Below, piece after piece: positions 17,859-28,139 of a stretch of 64,000 nt of DNA; position 1 is the first letter of the stretch, and every line of letters starts with the position of its first letter. The notes below the pieces were generated by a model that saw only the letters and a program-made list of their open reading frames with translations, was not told the DNA's origin and did not search any database. Location of the stretch: the NCBI GenBank assembly GCA_005888635.1, contig VBAW01000025.1, forward strand, positions 6,298 to 70,297. Reading direction: 5' to 3'. The DNA comes from Candidatus Bathyarchaeota archaeon (GTDB taxonomy: Archaea; Thermoproteota; Bathyarchaeia; 40CM-2-53-6). Position numbers and translations under genes: made by a program.

Positions 17859-20189
17859 GTGAAGCTTCGAGAGAACGCGTTTCTCGTGATGCCCGCGGGC
17901 TACGGAGTCGTTCTCATCCTCTGGTATGCATACTACGGAGTGTTATTCTCATTTTCACTCGGGCTTGTCTTCCTTGCTCTGCTACCACTCACATTGCTCC
18001 TAGGCAGTAGCGCACAATTTGTCAAAGAGCTGACCCCGTTCATCGTCCTCCTCATGTCATACGAGGCCCTACAAGGTGTGGCCGGGTCGTTGACCCTCGC
18101 TCCTGTAATTCATCAAGCTGGCTCCGGGACCTCCTATGGCATCATCGAGGCCGTTCAGTCCGCATTCTTATCCCCTGACCTTACGGATGTCATGAGCCTA
18201 TTCTACGGTCTCCATTTTCCTCTCGTGATTGGCTCAGCAATCCTACTCTGGTACTCAAATCGGGTACTCTACCAGAGATACCTCTATTCACTCGTGGCCT
18301 GTTCCTACGTTTCACTAGTCTTCTATACCCTAGCTCCCTCAGCCCCGCCGTGGTACAACGGTGTCGCCTCCAACCTGCTTGCAACTACGAGTGGTAAGAT
18401 CGGCTCCTCTAGCCTCTTCTCGGAGCTAGCCAGGATTGGAAGCCTGATCGAATCCGACAAGCTCGTCGCCTTCCCGAGCCTTCACGCCGCTTATGTCGTA
18501 CTCTTCAGCTACTTCACGATCAAATTGAAGAGAACATATGCTCTTGTGAGCATTCCGATAATGGTAGGAGTGCTCTTCTCAACCATCTATCTCGGCCAAC
18601 ACTACATCACTGACCTTGTAGCAGGAGTAGTCGGTGTCAGCGACCTGCGTGCTCATCGTTACGCGGTTGGACCGAGGGAAAGGCTCCGCCAAGTCAAGTT
18701 ATTGGAAAGCTCTAAAACATACCGGGCCAGAATCGGCGCCGTGAATTCTACAAAGAGCCTGGGGGAAGAGCTGTCAAGAGTTTGTCTTGAGACTGCCGCT
18801 CAAGAGAACGCTACATATGCGGATTTCAGACTTGTGAACACAGTCTCCGAAGTTGTCAGTGTAATCAATGAGAATCCCGCAAGTGAAGAATTGAACGACC
18901 TGGGCGCTGGAATAAGGGTCCTCTACAAGGAATCGGGCTGGGGCTTCGCAGATACGGACGAAGTCAACCTAGAAAACATACGAGAAACGACGCGTAAAGC
19001 ACTAGCATTGGCTCGCGGATCGGCAAAGATCGGATCCAAAGCATCCTTCGTCAAGGAACCGGTTCATGTAGACGATTGGGTTTCGCCGAAGAAGAAGGAC
19101 CCGCTCGCAGTGTCTACAGGCACGAAGTACAGTCTTCTCCATGATGCGACAGGGAGAATGAAAGAGGAGGGCATTGTAGCGAGAAGAGGCCAGATTTTCT
19201 CGACGAGGATCGAAAAATACTTTGCGAACTCTGAAGGCTCCAAGATCTTCCAAGACCTGACACAGACAGGCGCGTCACTGATTGTAGCGGCCAAGGGGCC
19301 ATCGGGTATCCAGAGAAGATCCATACAGCAGTATGTGCTGGGCGGCTACGAGCTCCTTGACGAGCTAGATCTTCCCGGTCAAGCTCCAACGCTGACAAAA
19401 GAGGCACTAGCGCTGACGCAGGCCGAAGGATGCCCAACAGGCAAGTCGGACGTAATCCTCAGCGCAGACCAAGTCGGACTACAAGTGCACGAGTCATGCG
19501 GCCACCCCATAGAGCTCGACAGAGTGCTGGGGTACGAGGCTAATTTCGCGGGCAGAAGCTTCTTGACACCTGATCAGCTCGGAAAATTGCAATACGGGAG
19601 CGAACACGTTTCCATCGTTATGGATGCTACATTGGCACATGGACATGGACTTGGCACTTTCGCCTACGATGATGAAGGCGTCCAAGCTCAGAGAAAATAC
19701 GCTGTGAAGAACGGGAAATTCGTCGGCTACCTAATGTCACGCGGCACAGCGTCCCAGGTTGGAGAGACTAGGAGTAACGGTTGCATGAGGGCAGACACCT
19801 ACAAGCTCCCGATCATTCGCATGACCAACGTGAGCTTGGAACCCGGAGACTGGGACTACGATGAGCTGATAGAAGATACACCGGATGGGATACTCATGGA
19901 TACAAACTACGGCTGGAGCATCGACCAGAAAAGATACAACTTCCAGTTCAACTGTGAGAAAGGATACCGGATAAAGAATGGCAGCCTAGGAGAAATGATC
20001 CGAGGCCCTGGCTATTCGGGAATTACTCCAGAGTTCTGGAACGCCTGCGACGCAGTCAGCAACCAGAAAAGCTGGGTCCTCTGGGGAACCCCGAACTGTG
20101 GAAAAGGTCAGCCACAGCAAGTCATGGGCACCGGCCACGGGGCTGCGCCTTCAAGGTTCAGAAACATCCGAATATTTGGAGCGTCCTAG
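17859..20189 (+). CDS. tldD: Fusion protein: N-terminal PAP2-like (PAP2_C/AUR1-type) polytopic membrane domain (about aa 1-270) plus C-terminal TldD metallopeptidase (about aa 290-776)
   Basis: A single uninterrupted 776-aa ORF. The N-terminal 6-TM region carries FPSLHAAY (PSxH) and S-x6-HYITDLVAG (H...D) motifs of the PAP2 superfamily. The C-terminus has the TldD HESCGHPIELD zinc motif and the conserved GxC/GNG blocks. A normal TldD is about 460-480 aa. Confidence 0.75.
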   Translation: MKLRENAFLVMPAGYGVVLILWYAYYGVLFSFSLGLVFLALLPLTLLLGSSAQFVKELTPFIVLLMSYEALQGVAGSLTLAPVIHQAGSGTSYGIIEAVQSAFLSPDLTDVMSLFYGLHFPLVIGSAILLWYSNRVLYQRYLYSLVACSYVSLVFYTLAPSAPPWYNGVASNLLATTSGKIGSSSLFSELARIGSLIESDKLVAFPSLHAAYVVLFSYFTIKLKRTYALVSIPIMVGVLFSTIYLGQHYITDLVAGVVGVSDLRAHRYAVGPRERLRQVKLLESSKTYRARIGAVNSTKSLGEELSRVCLETAAQENATYADFRLVNTVSEVVSVINENPASEELNDLGAGIRVLYKESGWGFADTDEVNLENIRETTRKALALARGSAKIGSKASFVKEPVHVDDWVSPKKKDPLAVSTGTKYSLLHDATGRMKEEGIVARRGQIFSTRIEKYFANSEGSKIFQDLTQTGASLIVAAKGPSGIQRRSIQQYVLGGYELLDELDLPGQAPTLTKEALALTQAEGCPTGKSDVILSADQVGLQVHESCGHPIELDRVLGYEANFAGRSFLTPDQLGKLQYGSEHVSIVMDATLAHGHGLGTFAYDDEGVQAQRKYAVKNGKFVGYLMSRGTASQVGETRSNGCMRADTYKLPIIRMTNVSLEPGDWDYDELIEDTPDGILMDTNYGWSIDQKRYNFQFNCEKGYRIKNGSLGEMIRGPGYSGITPEFWNACDAVSNQKSWVLWGTPNCGKGQPQQVMGTGHGAAPSRFRNIRIFGAS

Positions 20190-20191
20190 CC

Positions 20192-21595
20192 ATGTCGCAG
20201 AGCAGTACACAGAAACAAACTTCCCTCGCACAGCAAGGGCATCGAGTCTTCGACATGGTGCGGAAGTTCGCCAAAGGAGCCCAAGAAATCGAAGCAACCC
20301 TGACATCTACGACGGGCGAGTTCCTTCGTTTTGGAAACAACGAGCTCGGACAGTCACAGTTTACGAAGAGCAGAACGCTCTCCATCCGACTAGCGTCCGG
20401 GAAGAAGCAAGCGCGAACGACTACCGGGAGACTCGACGAGAGCTTCATTCAGAAAGCAGTAGAGAAAGCTGTCGACCAGCTGAAGACAGCACCCGAGGAC
20501 CCGGATTATCTTCCAATGTTGGGGCGCCAGAAATATCCCACCGTAAACAGGTATCATGAACGGACCGTTGAAGAGTCGGCTGAGACCAAAGCAGGCCACG
20601 TCGGACACGCGATTGATCTTGCGCGGAAGAACAAACTGCTCGCGTCAGGAATCCTGGGAACAAGTGTTGACGAGGTCTTCATGCTCAACACAGCTGGATT
20701 AGAGGCAGATTACAAGGGAACTGGCGGCTACTTCTCACTCACAATGGACGCTGATAATGGAAACCAGACAGGATTCGCAATGTCCACCTTCGCTGATATC
20801 TCGGAGCTGGATCCTAAGCAGGTTTCGGAGACAGCACTGGAACGAGCGCGGCTCAACAAGGCACAGTCAGAAGTCACCCCTGGAAAATTTGACGTGGTAA
20901 TCGATCCTAACGCCTGGAGTGAAATGCTGTTCTTTTTCATAGTCTCAGCTAGCACAGGATTCTCCCCTGATTTCGGAGTGAGACAATATCGCGAGGGACG
21001 AAGCTACCTGTCTGGTCGCATGGGTGAGAAAATACTTGGCGACAATGTGACACTCGTGGACGATGTGTACCATCCACTACAGACCGGTCCCACGTTTGAT
21101 GGAGAAGGCTATCCGAAGAGTAAACTGACTCTGGTCGACGATGGATTGCTGAAGGGATTAGCGTCAAGCCGAATATCGGCTCACAGGTACGACGATGTGA
21201 ATCCGACGGGGCATGAGCTACCTCTACCCAATCCGCTAGGCGAGGCTCCAACGAATCTCGTCATCCAAGGAAAAGGAGGGACCAAGACGACCGACGAACT
21301 TGTTGGCGAACTAGACAAGGGATTATTGTTGACGAGGCTCTGGTATATTAGAGAAGTCGAACCGCGAACCAAGACCCTGACAGGCATGACTCGCGACGGA
21401 ACCTTCCTCGTAGAGAACGGTGAGATCAAGAGACCGGTCAAGAATCTGAGGTTCAACCAGAGCCTGCTAGATCTGTTCAAGAACATCGATGGATTCACCG
21501 AACCCGTTAGGAACACGTCCTTCACCGGAACTGCGATGCTACAACCCGGAATCTTGGCTCGAGACTTCAACTTCACTAGCGTGTCGCCGTTCTAA
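20192..21595 (+). CDS. pmbA: PmbA/TldE-family protein (TldD partner)
   Basis: 467 aa, TldD/PmbA fold without HExxxH. Starts 2 nt after the TldD stop (operon). Confidence 0.8.
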   Translation: MSQSSTQKQTSLAQQGHRVFDMVRKFAKGAQEIEATLTSTTGEFLRFGNNELGQSQFTKSRTLSIRLASGKKQARTTTGRLDESFIQKAVEKAVDQLKTAPEDPDYLPMLGRQKYPTVNRYHERTVEESAETKAGHVGHAIDLARKNKLLASGILGTSVDEVFMLNTAGLEADYKGTGGYFSLTMDADNGNQTGFAMSTFADISELDPKQVSETALERARLNKAQSEVTPGKFDVVIDPNAWSEMLFFFIVSASTGFSPDFGVRQYREGRSYLSGRMGEKILGDNVTLVDDVYHPLQTGPTFDGEGYPKSKLTLVDDGLLKGLASSRISAHRYDDVNPTGHELPLPNPLGEAPTNLVIQGKGGTKTTDELVGELDKGLLLTRLWYIREVEPRTKTLTGMTRDGTFLVENGEIKRPVKNLRFNQSLLDLFKNIDGFTEPVRNTSFTGTAMLQPGILARDFNFTSVSPF

Positions 21596-21700
21596 GCCTC
21601 GACGCTCCGGAGTTTCTTCAAAACTTCTCGAGCAGACTTCCACAAGTAGAATCACCTGACGAAAAACAAAGGGAGGATGACGCGAAATGCTTCGCGTCAC

Positions 21701-22076
21701 CTATACGTTTTGATATCCTTGGTTGTGCTGTTGTAGGTCTCGCGTCATCTGGTCGAACTGCTCCTTTGTGATCTCTCCTCTAGCATATCGTTCCCTTAGG
21801 ATGTAGTAGGCCTGGTCGCCGTATCTCCAGTATCGGCGCAGACCGTACCCACGCCATGGCCAGAAAGCCCATCTGATGAACCAGAAGACTACGAATATCC
21901 AGAAGAAACCGAAGAACCCAAATGGGAAGAAACCGAAGCCGTAAGGATAGTAGCCGACCGGTCGGAAGAAGATCCAGCTAATCGCCGCAACCGTCGTGAC
22001 TACCGCTATGAGAGCTAGTATTCCCCAGAAGAAGAAACGCCCTGGATATCCCCATTGATGTTGACTCGTCTCGTTT
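21701..22076 (-). CDS. SHOCT-domain small membrane protein (COG3462-like), not in the ORF track. It has no in-frame ATG/GTG/TTG start; a likely frameshift in a G4 run places the ATG (22055-22057) out of frame.
   Basis: My translation of the stop-to-stop minus-strand frame: ..QWGYPGRFFFWGILALIAVVTTVAAISWIFFRP...YYILRERYARGEITKEQFDQMTRDLQQHNQGYQNV*. This is a TM helix plus the classic SHOCT C-terminus. Removing one G from ATGGGG would give M-G-Y-P-G-R-F-F-F-W.. in frame. Confidence 0.45.
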
Positions 22077-22171
22077 CACCTCCTCTCGATCGTCTCGGGT
22101 TTAGCGATATCGGATATACGATATCGGAAGTCTTGATTTAAACCTTGCCATTTTAGAGTCGCGAAGTGGAC

Positions 22172-23314
22172 CTATAGTGCCTTAAAGCCTCGGTTCAGGT
22201 CTTGAACCAAGTCCTCTACGTCCTCTATCCCAACACTGACACGGATGAGATTATCAGAGATTCCAAGCTTGAGTCGTCTATCCCTCGGAACGCTTGCATG
22301 AGTCATGCTCGCCGGGTGCTCAATGAGGCTCTCGACACCACCGAGACTCTCAGCGACCGTGAATACGCTGAGCCTTTCGAGGAGTTTCTTGCACTGGTTG
22401 AAGCCGCCTCTCAGTTGGAAGCTGAGCATTCCCCCGTTGCCCTTCATCTGACGCTTGATGATGCTTCGTTGCGGATGATCGGGAAGCCCTGGATAGTTTA
22501 CCTTCTCGACCTTGGGTTGTTTAGCTAGAAATTCGCTGACGGTTCTCGTATTCTCGTTGTGACGATCCATTCGGACAGCCAGGGTCTTGATGCCGCGGAG
22601 GACTAGGTAGCAGTCTAAGGGTCCTGGAACGGCCCCGACAGCGTTTTGCAGATATTTGAGACGGCTCTGAACATCTACATCCTTTGTGATTGTGGCGCCG
22701 CCGATGAGGTCGCTGTGGCCGCCGAGGTACTTGGTGGTACTATGAACGACGATGTCTGCCCCATGCTCTAGTGGGTTCTGAAGATACGGGCTCATGAAGG
22801 TGTTGTCCACGACAAGAAGGGCATGCGCCTTCTTGCTAATCTTACTGATCTGTCGAATATCCACAATTCGCATCAAGGGATTGGTCGGTGTTTCAATCCA
22901 GACAAGCTGGGTGTTTTTCCGGATCGCCTTCTCGACATTGTCAGGGTTTTCAGGGTTAACGTATGTGAATTGTAGGCCGTAGTTCCGGAGAACTTGTTCG
23001 AATAACCGGTAGGTCCCGCCATAGATGTCATCCCCTGCAATGACGTGGTCGCCCTGTTTCAACGACAAGAGGATTGTAGTTGTAGCCGCCATGCCGCTAC
23101 TGAATGCCAGGCCGTGTCGTCCCGCCTCCAGGCTAGCTAGGCATTCCTCAAGGGCGGTGCGAGTTGGATTGGCGGTTCTACTGTAGACGTATTTTCCCTC
23201 CTTACCCGGGCCAGGTTGCTGATATGTGCTGGTGAGGTAGACGGGAACAGTAACGCTACCAGTTACAGGATCAGGGTCCTGACCCGCATGTATTGCCCTC
23301 GTCGAGAAACGCAT
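22172..23314 (-). CDS. Cys/Met-metabolism PLP-dependent enzyme (cystathionine gamma-synthase/beta-lyase, O-acyl-homoserine sulfhydrylase, or methionine gamma-lyase family)
   Basis: 380 aa. Family signature DNTFMSPYLQNPLEHGADIVVHSTTKYLGGHSDLIGG (PLP-lysine in STK) and N-terminal TRAIHAG. Confidence 0.85.
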   Translation of the reverse strand: MRFSTRAIHAGQDPDPVTGSVTVPVYLTSTYQQPGPGKEGKYVYSRTANPTRTALEECLASLEAGRHGLAFSSGMAATTTILLSLKQGDHVIAGDDIYGGTYRLFEQVLRNYGLQFTYVNPENPDNVEKAIRKNTQLVWIETPTNPLMRIVDIRQISKISKKAHALLVVDNTFMSPYLQNPLEHGADIVVHSTTKYLGGHSDLIGGATITKDVDVQSRLKYLQNAVGAVPGPLDCYLVLRGIKTLAVRMDRHNENTRTVSEFLAKQPKVEKVNYPGLPDHPQRSIIKRQMKGNGGMLSFQLRGGFNQCKKLLERLSVFTVAESLGGVESLIEHPASMTHASVPRDRRLKLGISDNLIRVSVGIEDVEDLVQDLNRGFKAL

Positions 23315-23430
23315 GGAACAGTCGATACGGGTTTGAGATTTAACCCTAGGTTGAGACGCCTATTGCTCGTCTAGGGCTCAAGCAGTCTACCTAAACCTCA
23401 TGACCACATCGTCCGAGTAGCATTTGTGAG

Positions 23431-24606
23431 ATGCAGAGACTCCACTACATCTTCATCTCGAAAGCTTCTAGAACCTCCGTCGCCAGTCTGCTGAGCATCC
23501 TCACTCCCATCTATCTCGCCAGATTGGGATACTCAGCCCTCTATGTTGGCGTAGCGCTTACCGCAATCCTTGCCGGCAATGCTTTCTTCAACATCATACT
23601 GACACGGTACGGAGACTATCTGGGACGCAGGAGATCTCTGCTAGTCTTCGGTCTCCTCGTGGTCGCCTCGGGGGTCCTGCTCTCGTCCACTATCTTCTTG
23701 CCCATTATCATATTGGGTCTGTTTCTGGGCAACATCAGCACGACTGCAACTGAGGCAGGACCTTTTCAGTCGATCGAAACTGGAGTTCTGCCCACCCTGG
23801 TCGCGAACGGGAAGGAGAACCGAGCTTTCGGTGTTTACAATTTCATTGGATACGGCGCATCATCGATTGGGGCATTCGCTGCGTCAGCTCCTGACTATTT
23901 TCAAGATAGTCTGCTTGCCTCTCAACTACTCTATCTAGTCTACGGGCTGGTTGGAATACTGCTACTGGTTGTCTATCGTAAGCTGGGGAATATTGAACCT
24001 CGGGAGGCTGGACCAACAAAGATTGGTCTTGGTAATGTCCGTCCAGAAGCGAAACGAGACATCACAAAGCTATCATTCCTCTACTCAGTCGATGCGTTTG
24101 GTGGAAGCCTTGTGTCCCAGTTCGTCTTGTCGTACTGGTTCAGCCAGGTCTACAAGGTGTCGCTATCCAGTCTGGGAGTAATTTTTCTCGCAGTGAATGT
24201 GGTCACCGCTTTCTCCACACTAATGGCACCCGTTCTGGCTGAGCGACTGGGAAATCTCAGAACTATGGTATCCACACACTTATTGTCAAATGTTTTTCTC
24301 ATTTTGGTCCCGCTGGCCGGTTCATTCTTAGCGGCTCTCGTATTCCTGTTTCTCAGACAGAGCATATCGCAGATGGATGTGCCGACAAGACAGGCTTTCA
24401 TGGCGCAGTTGTTCACGGATCAAGAGAGAGTGCCAGCGAACGCTATCACGAATACCTCCCGAAGCCTAAGCGGCATCATGGGAGGACCGCTAACTGCCAT
24501 CATGTTCACAATTGGCGCCTCGTTCCTGCCCATTCTGACTGGAGGCTTCTCAAAGATACTATACGATCTATTGGTCTTCCAATCCTACAGAAAGAAAGTA
24601 CATTGA
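23431..24606 (+). CDS. MFS transporter
   Basis: 391 aa, about 12 TM helices, a G/R-rich loop between TM2-3 (YGDYLGRRRS). Confidence 0.7.
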   Translation: MQRLHYIFISKASRTSVASLLSILTPIYLARLGYSALYVGVALTAILAGNAFFNIILTRYGDYLGRRRSLLVFGLLVVASGVLLSSTIFLPIIILGLFLGNISTTATEAGPFQSIETGVLPTLVANGKENRAFGVYNFIGYGASSIGAFAASAPDYFQDSLLASQLLYLVYGLVGILLLVVYRKLGNIEPREAGPTKIGLGNVRPEAKRDITKLSFLYSVDAFGGSLVSQFVLSYWFSQVYKVSLSSLGVIFLAVNVVTAFSTLMAPVLAERLGNLRTMVSTHLLSNVFLILVPLAGSFLAALVFLFLRQSISQMDVPTRQAFMAQLFTDQERVPANAITNTSRSLSGIMGGPLTAIMFTIGASFLPILTGGFSKILYDLLVFQSYRKKVH

Positions 24607-24628
24607 AAACGAGACGGAGTCAGAAACC

Positions 24629-25576
24629 CTATCTCTCTATCTTTGACATAATGTAGTCGGCCGCCATTGCGTCTAGGACCGCGAGTCCTCCAGACTTGAA
24701 CAGAGTAACATCGTTAGGGCCGCGCGAGATTGAACGCTTCTTAGCGAGTAGTTCTCCCAGCTCTGCTCGAATATGGGTGTCTTCAATCGCTTTCTCTTTA
24801 ATCGGAATGCTAATGTCTCCGTAGGTGGAGATCGCCTGTTCTCGCGAATCTACGACTAGAATGGACCTTTTGACTAGTTTTGTATCAACCTCTCTCGCGT
24901 CGGGTTCTGCAGCTCCTATGATGTTCAGGTGCGAGCCGTCTTTGACCAGTTCTCCCTTGAACAAGGGAGTGTGGGACGTGGTCGCTGTTACGAGCACATC
25001 AGACTCATTCACGACTTCCTCAGGAGAATTGGCGGCGGACGCCTCTACTTTGCAGTCTCGCAAAATCTTTCGAGCAAAGGCTTCCCGCCTGGCCATATCT
25101 CTTGAAAAGACTACTACTCGGGATATGTCCCTCACCAGTTGAATGGCAGGGACGTGAGCTTCTGCCTGACGACCAGTACCCAACATCCCTAAGCATTCCA
25201 TATCGCTCCTTGCCAGAACGTCTGTCGCCACTGCAGAACTCGCGGCGGTCCGAATTGCGGTCAAGCTCTCGCCGGGGATCTCCGCAAGCAAGACTCCGCT
25301 CTGAGAATCGTACACGAGGATGTCGGACATCACCGTTGGGAGAGAGACTGCCGGGTTTCTAGGATTGAGGCGGGCAATCTTGACGGAGACCGTTCTTTGT
25401 CCAGAGACATATGCGGGCATGAAGAACATTGAAGCGCCGTTCGGAACAGTCAACCAGACACGATCAGGGTTGATCGCATTCCCATTCGCGAGTCTCAGAT
25501 ATGCATCTCTCGCCAGCTCAATGGCCTTTGAGTACGGGAGAAGAGTTCTTACGTCAGCTTCCGTGACGCGGAGCAA
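24629..25576 (-). CDS. Ornithine cyclodeaminase/mu-crystallin family protein (possibly archaeal alanine dehydrogenase-type)
   Basis: 315 aa. Rossmann GxGxxA (LGMLGTGRQAEAH) in the middle; overall OCD family layout. Confidence 0.75.
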   Translation of the reverse strand: MLRVTEADVRTLLPYSKAIELARDAYLRLANGNAINPDRVWLTVPNGASMFFMPAYVSGQRTVSVKIARLNPRNPAVSLPTVMSDILVYDSQSGVLLAEIPGESLTAIRTAASSAVATDVLARSDMECLGMLGTGRQAEAHVPAIQLVRDISRVVVFSRDMARREAFARKILRDCKVEASAANSPEEVVNESDVLVTATTSHTPLFKGELVKDGSHLNIIGAAEPDAREVDTKLVKRSILVVDSREQAISTYGDISIPIKEKAIEDTHIRAELGELLAKKRSISRGPNDVTLFKSGGLAVLDAMAADYIMSKIER

Positions 25577-25581
25577 ATCGC

Positions 25582-26562
25582 CTAGCCCGATTCTTCAGAG
25601 TCTGGTCTGTTTCCAAGAATATCGTCGATTCGTTCCATCACTCCAGAGTCCAGCTTGTCTACCACATCGATTGCCTTCATGTTCTCGACGACCTGTTCTG
25701 GTCGGCTGGCCCCTGTCATCACGGTGCTGACGTGTGGGTTTTTCAGGCACCAGGCCAACCCCAACTGCGCCATACTACAACCCAGGTCTTTTGCGATCGG
25801 CTCCAGCTGACTTACCTTCGCAATATTCTCCGGGGTTATCAGATTCTCCCGCAACCATCCATACCCTTCCAGCGTGGCTCGCGAGCCTGGAGGGACACCA
25901 TTCTTGTATTTGCCGGTCAGGAGTCCGGAGGCTAGCGGGCTCCAGATCGTGGTTCCAAGTCCAATCTCCCGATACAACGGCAGATACTCGACCTCGACTC
26001 GTTCTCGGTGAAGCATGTTGTACTGTGGCTGTTCCATAGTTGGAGGCGTCATACCAAGTTCTCGGGCTATTCCGTAAGCTCGCATGATATCCGCGGCGCT
26101 CCATTCTGAGGTTCCCCAGTAGAGAATCAGACCCTGGTGAATGAGATCGTCCATTAATCGAACCGTCTCTTCGATCGGAGTGTTCGGGTCAGGGCGGTGG
26201 CAGAAGAACAAGTCGAGATAGTTTAGTTGCAGTCTTCGCAAAGAATTTCGGCATGCTTCATAGACATGTTTCCTCGACAATCCCTTGTCGTTGGGTCCAT
26301 CTCCGCCCCAGAAGACCTTGCTGGAGACGACGATACTCTCTCTGCGCCAGCCCAAGCGCTTGATCGCATTCCCCATCACAGTCTCCGCGTTGCCATGAGC
26401 GTAGGCTTCGGCATTATCGAAGAAGTTCACCCCAGCATCGTGGGCGGCTGACATACACTTGACCGCAACCTCCTCTCCGACCTGCCCACCGTACGTGACC
26501 CATGCGCCCAGCGAAAGTTCACTGAGCTTAAGGCCGGAAATCCCAAGCTTACGATAGTTCAC
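25582..26562 (-). CDS. Aldo/keto reductase (AKR, Kv-beta-like)
   Basis: 326 aa. [19 protein letters not shown]..., [22 protein letters not shown] (catalytic Lys). Confidence 0.85.
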   Translation of the reverse strand: MNYRKLGISGLKLSELSLGAWVTYGGQVGEEVAVKCMSAAHDAGVNFFDNAEAYAHGNAETVMGNAIKRLGWRRESIVVSSKVFWGGDGPNDKGLSRKHVYEACRNSLRRLQLNYLDLFFCHRPDPNTPIEETVRLMDDLIHQGLILYWGTSEWSAADIMRAYGIARELGMTPPTMEQPQYNMLHRERVEVEYLPLYREIGLGTTIWSPLASGLLTGKYKNGVPPGSRATLEGYGWLRENLITPENIAKVSQLEPIAKDLGCSMAQLGLAWCLKNPHVSTVMTGASRPEQVVENMKAIDVVDKLDSGVMERIDDILGNRPDSEESG

Positions 26563-26665
26563 TCTTCAACATCTCCCTTCGCTAAGGGAATTCTGGTTAC
26601 TAATATCCACTTTCCGAAAGGAATATGAGCAAGAATCCTCTCTCGAAAGCAACGAGCGAGATAGT

Positions 26666-28000
26666 ATGAAAACATCTCCCTTGCTATTTGCAATAGCCTT
26701 GATCATGACAATCGCCATACCAGTCGCGGTGCACGGAAAGTCCACCTCGCCCAGCTTCGTCAATATCTCACTAATTCGACCGGACGGGGGCAGTGAGCCT
26801 GAACTCTCCATTGGACCGGATGGCACCGCGGTCTTCGTCTCGCTCTCCTGGACCCAGTTTGCCACCAACACTTGGAAAGCATCATTTGGACAGACTCCCG
26901 CCTTCCAGGGTCAAATCGACACTTCCCTCGCGCCTGGAGTGGGAGGAGGAGAGGACGCTGATGTTGACATTGGCTCAACGGGCACATTACATGCAACGAC
27001 CCTGCTGGCTTTCTTCAATCCTCAAACCAAGATTACCCAGCTTGGAGTATCCGCCATTACCTGTCCTAATTCGGACTTTTCTGACAATTTTGCTCACTGT
27101 ACGTCCCGGATCATTGATACAACCCAAGCTGATCGCCCATGGATTACATCCGACGGAGCGCACGTCTACATTTCCTACCACGACTCGGGTTCCAGCACAA
27201 CGATTCACGTTCAAAGATCAGATGACGATGGTATCACCTTCCACCGAGTAGGCGACCCGATAGTCGGCCAAGCCGGAGCAACGAGCAACTCGACCTTCGA
27301 CAACGACCAAGGAAAGATCGTAGCGGATCCAGTAACCCACATCGTCTACGATGTTTACGCCTCGGGCGTTGGAGGACTGCAGAAGGCGAAGACCGCCAAC
27401 TTCAACAACATCTATGTCTCGAAGAGCACCGACATGGGCAAGACCTGGACCCCAACACTCGTCTTCTCTGGAACCACAAATGTGGCGTTGAACAACGTCT
27501 TCCCCATCCTCGCGGCGGATCCGCTGAGCGGGAACCTCTACGCTGGATGGTCTGATGCCCACAACGTCTTCCTCTCCAAATCAAACGACCAAGCCCAGAG
27601 CTGGACGAGCCCCATAACTGTCAATGCAGCTCCAGCTGTAACAGCTGTCTTTCCTTGGATTGCCGCTCGAGGTAGCACAGTTGACTATGTCTACTATGGG
27701 ACGAGTGCTTCCAGCAAGGATGATTCCAGTGCAGTCTGGAACGTCTACATGGCTCGGAGCACTGATGGTGGAGCTCACTTCGCACAGACGGTTGTTACCA
27801 GCCATCCCAACCATGTCGGAGTCATCTGCACCAACGGCATTGGCTGCCAGCGAGGAACACGCAATCTTCTAGACCTCTTCCAAGACGCGATAAACCCGAC
27901 CAACGGCTTAGCAGTGATAATCTACACCGACGACACCTTGACGACTCAATCTGACGGCTCACCCCTACCCCAAGTTGCAGTAGCTTACCAGACCGCGTAG
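26666..28000 (+). CDS. Secreted BNR/Asp-box repeat protein (sialidase-like beta-propeller)
   Basis: Signal peptide MKTSPLLFAIALIMTIAIPVAVHG and multiple S-x-D-x-G-x-T-W/F boxes (SDDDGITF, STDMGKTW, SNDQAQSW, STDGGAHF). Confidence 0.65.
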   Translation: MKTSPLLFAIALIMTIAIPVAVHGKSTSPSFVNISLIRPDGGSEPELSIGPDGTAVFVSLSWTQFATNTWKASFGQTPAFQGQIDTSLAPGVGGGEDADVDIGSTGTLHATTLLAFFNPQTKITQLGVSAITCPNSDFSDNFAHCTSRIIDTTQADRPWITSDGAHVYISYHDSGSSTTIHVQRSDDDGITFHRVGDPIVGQAGATSNSTFDNDQGKIVADPVTHIVYDVYASGVGGLQKAKTANFNNIYVSKSTDMGKTWTPTLVFSGTTNVALNNVFPILAADPLSGNLYAGWSDAHNVFLSKSNDQAQSWTSPITVNAAPAVTAVFPWIAARGSTVDYVYYGTSASSKDDSSAVWNVYMARSTDGGAHFAQTVVTSHPNHVGVICTNGIGCQRGTRNLLDLFQDAINPTNGLAVIIYTDDTLTTQSDGSPLPQVAVAYQTA

Positions 28001-28139
28001 CTCCGGACGAAACACAACCTCTTCAACCCTCTTTTTTAGTTCAATCCTCGACGGGGCGGAATGGCTCGACCTATAGGTCCATGGTAGTTGGAGGAAAACT
28101 TAGAGTAGAGAGTACGGAATTGGTTGGGAGGCGATTCCT

